From: Malacoraja senta
Lineage: Eukaryota
Length of the DNA: 64,000 nucleotides
Assembly: GCA_038087875.1 (NCBI GenBank)
Contig: CM075989.1
Span: 14,756,001-14,820,000, forward strand
Direction: 5' to 3'
Below, piece after piece: positions 40,469 to 52,692 of this stretch (the first letter of the stretch is position 1; each line of letters opens with the position of its first letter). Under the pieces are notes generated by a model. It saw only the letters and a list, made by a program, of their open reading frames with translations, was not told where the DNA came from and did no database searches. Position numbers and translations under genes: made by a program.

Positions 40469-43400
40469 GGAAATCTAGATTTTAGTAGAACAAATTTAGG
40501 GTAGCAATAACGAAACAATAAGTTAAATAGCCACAAAGTGGAACATAATAATATGGGGAGAATCGAAGAGTTATGCCAATAGTTTATAATCAGCAAAGCC
40601 ATGTTAAACTAATTAATAGCAGCAATATTTTTTCAATACAAGGTATTGTAATGTCATTATTGTTCATCATTTGCTTTCTAAAGAAGATTGTGCAATTAAC
40701 CAAAATCAGAACTGCATTTCAATGTGTAACATTTAATGTTGTTAAATAACTAAAATCCATAAATATAAACCAAACAGACTCATTGAAATTACATTTGGGG
40801 AAGAGAGGAAAATTTACTGTTGAAGGTGACCAGAGGAAGAATTGCAACATTCTTAACTTTGAAACCAAGAGTCCCAAATCACATTTAACATAAATGTACA
40901 TTGATCAAATTCAACCAATCCTAAAAAAAAACTGATAAGTCTTCCATGAATTTTAGACCTCCCGTAGCATTTTCCAACTAATGGGATATTTTTGAAGTTT
41001 GGTCATTTTCTATTTTCATCTATTTTTAAAAAGATGTTTCACATGTACAGAATGAAAGCACAAAATAGCTGAAACCAAAAACAGGGTGAACTAACAAGGC
41101 CTGTAATTATTTATTGAGGTCACGGTTGCAATTTAAAGCTAAGCTGTCATTATGTTGAGCTGACAGCTTAGTTCTTCACAGCAAGGAAAGAAAAATGTTC
41201 ATCGTGTCAAGATGTTCCTCATCTTCCCAATTTAGCATTTTCTAAGAAAAGAATTTTCATCATAGGATAGTTATAATGCAACACTACTTCGCTCCTTTTT
41301 TTAAACTCACCTTTGAACATGGACAATGTCTGAAAGGTCATCAATTATTGCTCATTACTGGAAACCCAGAAGGATCTTTGGATCTTGTGTACAAGTGAGG
41401 GGCTTGCAGGGCCACTTCCGAGAACCAGTCGGAGGAAACCTCAATATATGGCAATGGTGTTGTTTGTTGGTCAAACCAGGGAAGAACAGCAGATGTCCTT
41501 CTCTGAAGAGCATAAATAAACCAGTTGGGATTTTATACCAATCCAAAAGTTTTGCAGTAACCTTCACTGTTACCAGGTTTTCGCAAACCCATTAATAACT
41601 CAGACATCGAGAATGATGTCTACCTCCTGGATGAGTCTGCTACGTCAGCCGTGTGCATAACATTCAACCTCAAAAATAAATCTCACTATAATAAATACCA
41701 GCAATAAGAAGTACCTTATTGTAACATACAAATCCAAATTATGTTTATGAGATTAAAAATGTGTGAATATTCATGAAGATTTCCTATCACCCTGGCTGTG
41801 GAGGGACCAGTTCTCCTACTTGAACTTTGTGGAGGAGGAATGAGTGGGATGTCTGCCCTTCAGAAAGGATGATCTCACTGAAATATTTCACTTGCCACAG
41901 CCAAAACCGTCAATTGCTAGGTCAGGAACACATTGTCATTGTTGTCAAGGTGACCATATTAATGTTTTTTTTATGTGCCTGACTCCTTCCAAGCTGAAAC
42001 TGGATATTGTTGTAACATCTTGTAAGTTCTCATCACTATTGCATCAGGCAGGACGAGGAGGCTGTCTTTTCTGAAAGTTAATTACATCTCATGCTATCTT
42101 GCCAGAGACTAGCACGCAGAGGCAGCACATTGCTCTGCTAAGATTGCAACCTTCTGACCATATGCTTTTTGACTAACGCGTGTTGAATTAGTAATTTCCT
42201 GGTATCCACCAAGGGTTCATTCCCTTGGCAACTAACAGGTGTGTGACCAAAAGCAGCTTCTCATGTAGATCATATTCCGATATTCATGATGCATTTGTTT
42301 AATTTCATTTGCAGTTGAAACACAGGGCTAACCAAAGAGTGAGATGACTTGATTACAACGGCTCTCAGCAGGAAGTTGTAGTAGAGTTTACGATTCCTGA
42401 GTGCGACCACAAAATCAGCTGTGGAAGAGCTGTAAAATGCTGTTGTGCTGGTACAACCGCTGCTACATGCACCCAACCTCACTATTGTGCGTTTTCAGGC
42501 TTTGTCACCAGCTACACCAAAATCAACTGAGAAGCAGGAACATGCGAGGGTGGAGGAGGGAAGTGAGCAGGGTGAGGCAACCATGGCAGCTTTATTCAGC
42601 CAAAGATGTGTGTGAAGAAATGATTTGCATGAAATGCAAGCAACCACAACCCCAATTCCCCATTCACTAAATTGCTCCTTTTTCACTGCTCATTGTGTCA
42701 ACTGCCTGCCATAAGGCAAAAATAAACACCACCACTAAATATTCAATCAAATTTATAATATTCATACCAAACATCATACAAATATAAACCAATCATCACC
42801 GAATATTTTTAGGGGCAAATCATATCTAACAGTTTTTTGATGATGTAACAGAAGTCAGTGAAGAAAATGCAGAATATATGGAGTTCCATCATCAAGATTC
42901 TCAAATCTTGGATAGGAAAATGTCTGAAAAATATGAAAGGTGGTAGGGTGATGAATCAAACCACCTCCTTCTATAGTGTAACCCTGGAGAATGGTTACAG
43001 TTATTTTTTAGATTGGAGGAAAGTGTACAATGGGACAGAGGAAGCCAAAGATAAAATTGCCCCTGCTATTGAATAGTTTGTGGGAGAGAATAAATGACAA
43101 AGATGATGGTAGCAAGGGAATGGCATTGAGACAGAAAACAATGAGCAAGATGGGTATGAGACGGAAGATGTTTGATAGGCTCAGTTGAGATTTATAGGAT
43201 GTAGCAGGACCAATGACTTTGCTCTAAAAGACACACAATGCTGGAGTAACTCAGCAGGACATGCAGCATCTCTGGAGTGAAGGAATGTGTGACGTTTCGG
43301 GTCGAGACACTTCTTCAGACCAGAAACTCGGGTCTCGACAGGAAACTTCACTCATTCTTTCTCACCAGAGATGCTGCCGGTCCCGTGGACTTACTCCAGC

Positions 43401-46400
43401 ATTGTGTGTCTATCTTTGGTTTAAACCAGCCTTTGCAGCTTCTTCATACAAAATGCCTTTGCTCTCATAGTCAGTAAAATCATCATAGGAACTTATAGGA
43501 AGCAATGTCTCAAAACAGTATCCAGCATCATCAAGGACCAACACCACCCTGGCCACACTCTCATTTCACTTCTGCCATATCGGGAAGAAGGTATATGAGT
43601 GAAAACTGTAATGTCCAGGTACCAGAACAGCTTCTTCCCAATGGCCATCAGGCTGTTGAACATTACGAACTCCAACTAAACTCTGAATTGCCTTGATTGC
43701 AGTCGTGACTTTGGGATCTTTTTTTTTTTTTGGCACTATATTGGGTTTATTTATATAATTATTTAATTTGTTTCTGTTTGTTTATTATATTATCTATTGA
43801 GTACTGCATTTACAAATCTGTTGTGCTGCTGCAAGTGAGAATTTCATAATTTCATTTTGGTACAAAACACTCTTTAACTTTTTTGATAAGCCAAGGAAGT
43901 AGTACTGATCTCCCAATCTACCTCATTGCGGCCCTTGCACTTTAAAATAAAACTGCACTTACTCTGCATCTATAACACTATAATACAACATTCTGCACTT
44001 AGGTATTTTTTGTTTGCACGACCAGTTGTACTTGTGTATGGCTTGTTTGGAGGGCAGTTTTTTACTGTATTTTAGTAAGTGACAATAATAAAGCAATACC
44101 AAAAGGTTAATAAATGTGCCCAAACTCAATAGGTCATTACACCCTAAAACATATTACACATTCAATGAGATCAGACTAATCTGTAATCCATCTATGATCT
44201 GCTTTTGCATCATAATCCTTTAGTTTATTAGATTAACAAAGATCAATCTCAAATTTAAAGTTTAACTGACCTAGTATCAACTAATATTTCCAAAAAACTT
44301 TCTTATGTCTACTCTTTTCTTGATGCAATGGTGTTTCGTTAATACACCCGAAAGGCAGGCTTTTAATATTTAGGACTGTCCTGTACTTTTAGGCTCCATA
44401 ATCAGCAGAAATTGTTTACATTTATCTTACCTAAAAATTGTATGTTACCTCTGGCTTCATACAGCATCCACATGAGACTTCAGATGAGGCTAGTTCCTCT
44501 TAGAAATCGCAATATTCTACCCCAGGAGGCCACACCTGGATACTAAGGGAATCAAGAAATATTTGAATCGTGGAAAAGTGATCCCATGGCATAGAACTGG
44601 CTAAGATCTTATTAAACAGCAGAAAAGGTTCACAGGCTTGAAGTGGTCAGGCACATGGACCTAGCCTGTAGGGCTTACCCGCATTTTGTAAACACCTAAT
44701 GGTAGACAGGGTGCATTCCTACTCACCAAGTTAGATCAGTCTTGTGTAGCAGCACGAGATAAGGCCACTGTGAACAATGTGGCAATTGGAGAGATATGGC
44801 CTGAATCTAGTAACATTATGATAACTAAGACTTCAACTTAACAAAGGAATACCTTAAGCATGAGACCACCACACAGTGATCTCTAAGCAGGAGATAATCA
44901 AGCAGAAAAAGGGGATTGCAGAAGCAATTGATCACACACTTTTTCATGTTGGATTGATTATGACGTGATAACTAAAATACTTTTTGCTGGAGATGCTTTA
45001 CCTTTTTTCTAAATGTGTATAATATTTTTATGGTTTGTACAATCAATGAATGAGTGTACAGAATGCACCAGTAAGGCAAACAAACCTCTCTCCTTCCCTT
45101 CTATAGATGAATAACTGTGTGGCCAAAGAATGGACTGTGCAAGAGATATTCTTCCACCACAAGACTGCACATCCTATTCCTGCTTCTACATTCTTAAATT
45201 CTTCAATACTTAATGTCTCACCCACCTATATCAAGCCCAACAACTTGATACTACTCCTATACTAGTGGGTAGTCGTATATTATAAAAGCAAGAGTGGTAA
45301 AAAATATATATTTTTTGTGTGGCAATGTTTTATTATCTGTTCTCATGTCTTATGGTGTTGGTGAAAGCAACATTTATTGTCCATCCTTAGTTAAGAAAGC
45401 AATGGTCATCTTTCTCCTTGAACCATTGTAATTGTTGCAGAAGAGTAATTTGTCCAGCTTGGCAGTGTAAAGTTGTCGTTCAGCAGGATTCATCCATTTC
45501 CTACTCAGTGGCTTCAGCTTCTGCAGAAATATAGAAAAAAACTGCTTATAGTCTCAAAGAACCCACAGAACTTGGGAAGTCTGAGAATAAACATCACCTT
45601 GCAATGATTACCTGAATAGTTATTGTGCCATTTGATACACTCCATTGTGCTTCTTTTCCTAAATATGCATCTTAAAACATTTTTTTTAAATATGGCACCT
45701 TTAACAATAGCATAATGTACCACGGTGCATTCAGGAAATATTATTAACAAAACTTGATGCCAAGCAATTTAAGAATATATTATAGTAAAGATTTGCCCAA
45801 AAAGGTTTAACAGAGTGCCTTGAAGCATGAAAGAGAGTTTGATAGATTTAGGGGAAAACGTTCAGATTTTAGAACCGTGACTGCTAAAAATAAAAATGTG
45901 CAAAAGGCCATAACGAGAGAACCATAATGATAGTTGCTGGCAGAATGGCAGAGTTCTGAAAGTACCAGAAAGAGAAGAATTTTAAAATACACACAAAATG
46001 CTGGAGTAACTCAGCGGGACAGGCAGCATCTTTGGAGAAAAGGAATAGGTGATGTTTCAGGTCGAAACCCTTCTCCAGAGATGTTGCCTGACCCTCTGAG
46101 TTATTGCAGCATTTTGTGTGTATCCCAGTTGATGACTGGTGCTCGGCTTTCGCCGGCACAGAGGGGGGTTAACCGACAGCCACTGGATAAAGCGAAAGAT
46201 GCAGCTGACAGTCCCCGGCCTGTCGGGGAACAGGTTCCTCGGGAGATGGAGCAGAATTGAGCTGGAGTTTGCGCTTCTTCTCCGCGCTGGCTGTAAGTCT
46301 GGGGCCACCACTGCTCCAGGCCGGTGTTCCATCAGTCCAGGGTCACCCCGGACATCTCTGGCCGCCCCCGGACAGGGATGGGACACTCAGGAGGGTACAG

Positions 46401-46778
46401 TAGTGAGACTCCGCTCACAAATCTGCCTCCTGGGGTTATGCAGGAGGAGCACATGGTTCAGCCCCTGTATAATAACCCTGTATAACCCAGGAGGGCAGCC
46501 CGAGTGAGAATGGAACCCATACACCCAGGTTGAGAGGGACTGGACCGTGATTCATTAGATTGACACTGCTGAAATTTCTGCATGGACCAGTGGAGAAGGG
46601 AGAAATAATGTAGCTAACTCCAGTAGCAATTCAACAGCACTTGCAGCGCCGGAGACCCGGGTTCGATCCTGACTACGGATGAAACGCAGGTCCGTATACA
46701 CACAGCAGCTCAGCTGCCGAGAATGTTTTTCTCGAGTGACCTATGACCTGGGCATGCGCAGTCGGAATACCGAACTCA

Positions 46779-46784
46779 TTTATT
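46779..46784 (-). terminator. Candidate PIGBOS1 polyA signal
   Basis: Minus-strand AATAAA about 440 nt downstream of the PIGBOS1 stop. Confidence 0.35.
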
Positions 46785-47219
46785 CAATAATGCTACAGTA
46801 AAACTCAACACTAAGCATCCAACCAATCATCATTGTAGTCACAGTATTCCACCAAAAAAAAGTGGCACTTATTTCTACCAAGTATTTGGCTCAGAGTTCC
46901 TTACTACACAATTATTTGGATTAAGAATATGATTAGAAACATAATTAATATAATTAAAAACTATAAAATGAAATATGCATATTGTAACCCAAGAAACTAA
47001 TACCCAATTTAAAGAATTTGTTTATAATCTATTGTTTCACATGTCAAAAGTCATACCAATATTTTGATTTACATAATAAAGGCATCTCTGGAGAACATGG
47101 GCAATGGCCAAATGTTCTTCGATGCCCAGCTGCAGTGAGCCAGCACAGTTGCAAGGCTCAGTCCCCCGCCCACTGTACCGCGGGGAGCTGTCGTACACGT
47201 TGCCACGACCCTGCCTCAC

Positions 47220-47489
47220 TCACATTGAGCGGTGAAAGGCCGGTGGTCGGGGAGCACTAACCGGCCTCGCCTCGCCGCCCCCTTTACCTTTACCGTCGCC
47301 GCCCGCGGCCCGAGGCGGCGCTGAGTCGTCGGTGTTGTCGGTGCCGCCGGGAGCCGGATTGTTGCCCTGCGCCTTGGCTTGTTCCAGGCGATACTGTTTA
47401 TACAGCGGCCTGTAGATGTACAGTCCGCCCGCCACCCCCACCACGGCCGCCAGCGTCAGCTGAGGGAAGGTCAACCCGCCCGGCAACAT
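47220..47489 (-). CDS. PIGBOS1: PIGBOS1 mitochondrial outer-membrane microprotein
   Basis: MLPGGLTFPQLTLAAVVGVAGGLYIYRPLYKQYRLEQ matches recalled human [36 protein letters not shown]. Single TM segment, syntenic with CCPG1. The C-terminal end is uncertain. Confidence 0.9.
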   Translation of the reverse strand: MLPGGLTFPQLTLAAVVGVAGGLYIYRPLYKQYRLEQAKAQGNNPAPGGTDNTDDSAPPRAAGGDGKGKGGGEARPVSAPRPPAFHRSM

Positions 47490-47800
47490 GGACGCTCAGT
47501 GGATGCGCCAACCACCCACCGGCAACATGGCCGCTCAGTGGATGCGCCGCCCGGCAACATGGCCGCTCAGTGGATGCGCCGCCCGGCAACATGGACGCTC
47601 AGTGGAGGCGCCGGCCCGCCAACCACCGGCAACATGGCCGCTCAGAGGAGGCGCCGGCCGCCCGGCAACATGGCCGCTCAGTGGATGCGCCAACCACCCA
47701 CCGGCAACATGGCCGCTCAGAGGAGGCGCCAACCACCCAACCACCGGCAACATGGCCGCTCAGTGGAGGCGCCGGCCCGCCAACCACCCAACCACCGGCA
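47480..47800. repeat. GC-rich minisatellite (32-43 bp units, 8 copies plus a partial) containing the PIGBOS1 start context
   Basis: Core ccggcaacatgg(c/a)cgctcag(t/a)gga(t/g)gcgcc repeated with variable (a/c)-rich spacers. Confidence 0.95.
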
Positions 47801-47864
47801 GTGCAAAGCGCACGCGCGGCCTCCTCTAAAAAAAATTAAAATTGGGTTTTTTTCCCCCTTTTTC

Positions 47865-48024
47865 CTTCAGCCCACAATATTTAATATGTAAAAGAATATG
47901 TGATTCTGTTCCATTCTGTTTGTAGTTTGTTTGTTTGTTTTTTTGCACAAAGTCCGCGAGCATTGCCACTTTTCATTTCACTGCACATCTCGTATGTGTA
48001 TGTGACGAATAAACTTGACTTGAC
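47865..48024 (+). mobile_element. LINE 3' tail (Rex1-like) next to the PIGBOS1 promoter
   Basis: Ends ...gtgtatgtgacgAATAAActtgacttgac, a typical LINE end of AATAAA plus short tandem repeat. Confidence 0.6.
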
Positions 48025-51000
48025 GACCTCTCCACCAACACTCAATTCACTCCAAAGGTGGAGGAAGGAGCTATAGACCAAAGATACACACAAGAAGCTG
48101 GAGTAACTCGCCCCCTGTATCAAAGGACTACATCGACTTATTGGGAAGTAGAAAGTAAACAGAGTACGTTTCCCACAAGCATTTAAAACCCTTTCCTGCT
48201 TCCACACTAAGCATTGCTACAACAGAATATATTCTGATTCAATCATGCATGTTCCTAGTCCCAGGGAGAAAAAGGGTACAGCAAGATGGTTTCTCAGTGA
48301 TACGTATCCCTCCCCCCCCCCCCCCCCTTCACAGAATTAAACTAAACAATTAATCTGCATTTTAGAACAACATTGATCAATAGCAATAGTTTCCAAATGA
48401 ACACAGAATGCCTCTCTTCAAAGCTTTTCTTCGATCTCTATTATAGTTGGGAAATCTGTTTTCTACTGCAAAAGTTACATTTTGTAAAAACAAACCATGG
48501 CCGAGTTTGGTATAAAAAGGTAGAACTTGTTCAGCTCAATCGATAAAAAACTAACTTTCCGTGCAAAATATATACTTTATTTATTGCATAACAATACCCT
48601 TCTATTTCCTCTATCTTTCTATCTTTGTCCCGCCCATTCTCCTGACAACAGTATGAAGAAGGGTCTCGACCTGAAACATCACCCATTTCTTCTCTCCAGA
48701 AATGCTGCTGCCTGTCCCGCTGAGTTACTCCTGCATTTTGTGTGTCTCCCTTCCACTCCCTTCTTGGATTGCAGACCCACTTAAACACAAGTGTGTAGAA
48801 AGGAACTGCAGATGCTGGTTTACACCGAAGATGGGCGCAAAAAGCTGGATTAACTCAGCGGGTCAGGCAACATCTCTGGAGAAAAGGAATAGGATCGATT
48901 TCACGCCTTTGAATCGTGTCGCAGACCTGCATGCAACGATATATGTTGAGAATGGAAACATTTCACTCAAATCATAGAAAGCATGTTAATTATTGAAATT
49001 GACTAAATTCAATAAATTATCATGCTTCTTAAATTGATATGGCAAATTTATTAATGTTTACGCTTCCAGTTTACCAGGGGTGAAATAGGGGGACCTTACA
49101 GCATACTAAACATTTATTTTGAAAGGTTTTTCATTATGTATTTATATTTCTCTCAAACTTACAAGCCAATCTTATTGGAGATGCGAGAAACTGCAGATCC
49201 TGAAATCTTGAGCTAAAAAAAGCGCTGGAGTAACTCAAGTGGATCAGGTAGCATCTATGGAAGGAATGAACAGGCGAGCCTATTGGGTTGCGAGCCTTCT
49301 TGAGGACATCAGTTCCTCCAGCACATTGCTTTTTGCTCAAGATAATATAATTGATTTTGTGTTCCAAGTCAGTGCAGGAGATTGTGTTGACTCAATCTTT
49401 CTCTTTCCATACCCTCCTCACACTTGACCCATTGAACCCTGTGTTTACCATTTCTTGGCTTACTTATCCAGCTGATTCAGATCACACAGCAAGATTTGTC
49501 AACCTTCTCCGCCGTCTATAAAACCTATTATTTTTGTGTCATCTGCAAACTTACTAACCATGCTTTGTACATTCTCATCCAAATTGTTTGGTTGACTAAT
49601 AACAACAACAGGCCCAGCACCAATTCCTGTGGCACATCACTAGTTACAGGCCTCCAATTAAAAAAAAAAAAAAAAAAAACCTTCCACCATCAGTTTCTAC
49701 TTTCAACTATCAAGCCAATTATGTATCCAATGCTCTCTCTGGAATTTATGTTCTAAACTTCCTGACTAGCTTATCATACAAGACTTTATCAAAGGCTTAC
49801 TAAAATCCGTATAGACAGCAACCATCTCCCAGCCCTCATCAATCCCCTTGGTTATCTCTTCAAAAAGAACAGATTTATGAGACACATTTCCCCTCACACG
49901 AATCAATGCTCCCCAAGCAGTCCTTATCTATCCAGATGGTACAAGATCTTGTCTCAGATATTTGTTTGCTATTCGTATTACTCAAATTGCAAACCTTAAA
50001 ACCCATAAAATATATAACAACGCTGCATTAGTCAATTAAAGTGGTATAACAATATTGGACATAAATATGTGCAACCCAAGACCTTAATAACAAAGGGAAC
50101 TAAGAATAGTTAAGACCTCATCTTAAGTGGATTTTATTCATAAAGGTGAGATTATTAACTTGCAACGCAGCTTTCCTTATATCTGATGTCTCGATTTATT
50201 ACCACCATTTGAATTGCGGTAGATGTTAATGAAAGAGGGATTATGGCAGAAGGTTGGACTTTCTTCAGTTGAATCCTGGAAAACCGCCATCAGCACAGGT
50301 TCACTAGCTTAATATGCATTGGTTGGGGCCAGGCTCCAGGTCAGGTGCTCTGAAACTGGTTAGGGATGGATATTTAACTGCAATGGTTATGTTAAAGTTG
50401 AAAATATTCAATAATACTATATTTTATCGTCACTAAATTAAATAGGCGTGTGTAGGAAGCTAATTGAAAACTTGCACACAGAAGCCTTCTTTAAATCTAT
50501 ACAAAATGAAATGCACTTTTACGCACAAACACAATGAGGCTACAATTCCCTGCTCGCAGACTTCACATCTATCAGAATTAACTCCCCCTCCTCCTAATGG
50601 GGTTCTGAATTAGTAATTGCATATTGTACCTTTCCAAATATTCAGCAATACACCTCTGCCAATGGTACTCCACAGATAGAACCCACAAGTATAAACTTCA
50701 CAGATAGCAGTCAGGTGTGATCAATATCTAAATATAGTCAAAAACAAAATGCTTATGCCTTATTGTCCTTTAATGGCTTCTGAGCTTAGTGGCAGTGTTT
50801 TTCTCCTTTTTACCAGGTATTGATGGAACAAGATCATACCCAATAAATTCCTTATATATTTTGCTGCCATTCTAACATCTCTCTTTGGAAACAAGTTTAC
50901 TTTGGAAATTAAAAAAGTGTTGAACTAACTCAGCAGATCAGGCAGCATCTCTGGAGAGCATGCATAGGTGATGTTTCAAGTCAGAACCTCTCTTCAGGCA

Positions 51001-51257
51001 GAGGAGATGATCTGTTGAATCAAGAAACTCAAATAATGGTCACAAAAGACTGAAAACCAAGTTCTTAAATTAACAACAAAAAAACATTTTGAAACCACAG
51101 AATTTATTTTTGCAGTAGCTGCATCAGTATACAGTAAATCAGATTCATATACATGTAGAAATATTGGGTGACCCTTCCTGGTTGATATATTCTTAAGCAC
51201 ATACAAACTCGCCACACGAATAAAACAGCTTCACAAATAAAGAGTTAAGCCAGAACT

Positions 51258-51263
51258 TTTATT
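51258..51263 (-). terminator. Candidate CCPG1 polyadenylation signal AATAAA (second candidate at 51103-51108)
   Basis: AATAAA on the minus strand about 650 nt after the stop, at the end of an AT-rich, repeat-free 3'UTR. Confidence 0.5.
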
Positions 51264-51906
51264 ATCAATTGATTTTAACATTTTTGTTTGCCTACAATTG
51301 TTCATTTTGTCAAATGGAAAATGTAGATGCAATGTAACTGATTTTAAATTAATAATGAAACCCATCTCTTTTATCCCTTGAAATCATAAAAGGCAGATAT
51401 ATATATTTGTGTAAAATTATTCACAACATGGGGGAAGGTAAAAATGGACCAATTTTTGCCATGGAATTAAATTACAATCTTCAAAAGAAATTTAAATTCA
51501 GCACACCAATATTAATAACTTACACAATATGGAATTTAGGTTCACATGATAGCAAATTACGAATTTGCTAAGGCAAAAGAGACTTGCATTTCATGCACAT
51601 ACACCAGTATACGAATAGACTTTGTAAATGCATTAAAGATCCAGCAACTTGAACTCTTACTTAATCCTAAACTTTGTTTAGCACAACATACTTTGCACAA
51701 CACAACTGCTCAGGAAATCTCTAACCAGCACATTGCAAATACAGATGGAATATTATTAGCAAAACTACATCTACTCTTATTATTCAAAGTCAAATGAAAT
51801 GCATATTGTTTCAAAACAAACGTCATTATTCTTAGGCATGTACCACAAACAGCAATCAGATAAGTCTGAACATGTTCAAACACATACTTATGAAGAACAC
51901 ACCCAT

Positions 51907-52108
51907 TTAATATTTTGGATCAAAAGGCATCGGCCCCAGCTCAATTTCAACATTCGCCATGTGTCTTCCATTGGTACGTCCTGCCTTGTTCCATTTACAA
52001 TCCCTGTGGTGGTAAGCCTGCTGGTATTTCCTTTCAGGTCTCTGTTGCCTGGAGCCAGATGCATGTTTAGAATTATGCTTTCTGTATTTATCAGCATCGT
52101 AAAGTGGA
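51907..52108 (-). CDS. CCPG1: CCPG1 last coding exon
   Basis: Acceptor tttgcag|T completes a TGT codon. Ends [24 protein letters not shown], versus recalled human [24 protein letters not shown]. Confidence 0.95.
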
Positions 52109-52454
52109 CTGCAAAGATAAAAATTATTCATTATGGCCTTTAAGTAAAATAGCCAAGATTGGTCTATTCATTTGTAATTCCCAATATGCATTAGTATAAG
52201 TGCAATAGGTTTTTAGAAATACTATGGCCACATTTCAAGCAGCATTATAATAATCTTACTTTAGAAAAGGAGTAGATGAATGTATTGATAATGATCCTTT
52301 TGATACTTGGTCCTGGAGCAGTGGTAAAGCAAAAAGGAACTCAGCTGGTTGAGGAGATATTTTATGGCTATCGGCGAATATTATACATATATTTCATTTT
52401 TCAATCTATAGACACCTAGATATCAATCAATAGACCACCTTGGTATCAATCAAA

Positions 52455-52692
52455 ATTAAGGCGAGAGGGGCAAAGTTTAAAGATGATATATGCAGAGGGT
52501 GGCGAGTGCCTGGAACTGGGGTTGGTGGTGGAGACAGATTTGAGAGTGGCATTTAAGAGCCGTTTGGATAGGCATGTGAATTTGCAGGGAATGGAGGGAT
52601 ATGGATTATGTGCAGGCAGATTTGGTCTTGGCATCATGTTCAGACATTGTGGGCCAAAGGGCCTGCTTCTGTCCAGTACTCTTCAATGTTCA
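52455..52692 (+). mobile_element. CR1 3' end in the last CCPG1 intron
   Basis: FKSRLDRHVNLQGMEGYG followed by the gggccaaagggcctg tail. Confidence 0.75.

Larger units (their letters stand above)
47130..47825 (-). promoter_or_regulatory. CpG island / PIGBOS1 promoter with NRF1 site (47808-47817) and YY1-like sites
   Basis: High CpG density, GCGCACGCGC (NRF1 consensus) and six copies of CAACATGGCCGC (YY1-type). Confidence 0.7.

Noticed and set aside
41139-41171. 11-bp inverted repeat ctaagctgtca / tgacagcttag
   Set aside because: Short and isolated, with no supporting context.
47379-47891. Plus-strand ORFs (MAAQW repeats) as a PIGB first exon
   Set aside because: They are translations of the minisatellite, with no PIGB similarity and no following exons.
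50160-50900. Faint PIGB-like peptides (AAFLISD...YYHHLNCGR at about 50165; RSY...IFAAIL at about 50830)
   Set aside because: Short, require gaps or frameshifts, and occur in the wrong order relative to PIGB. Probably chance, although TBLASTN would settle it.
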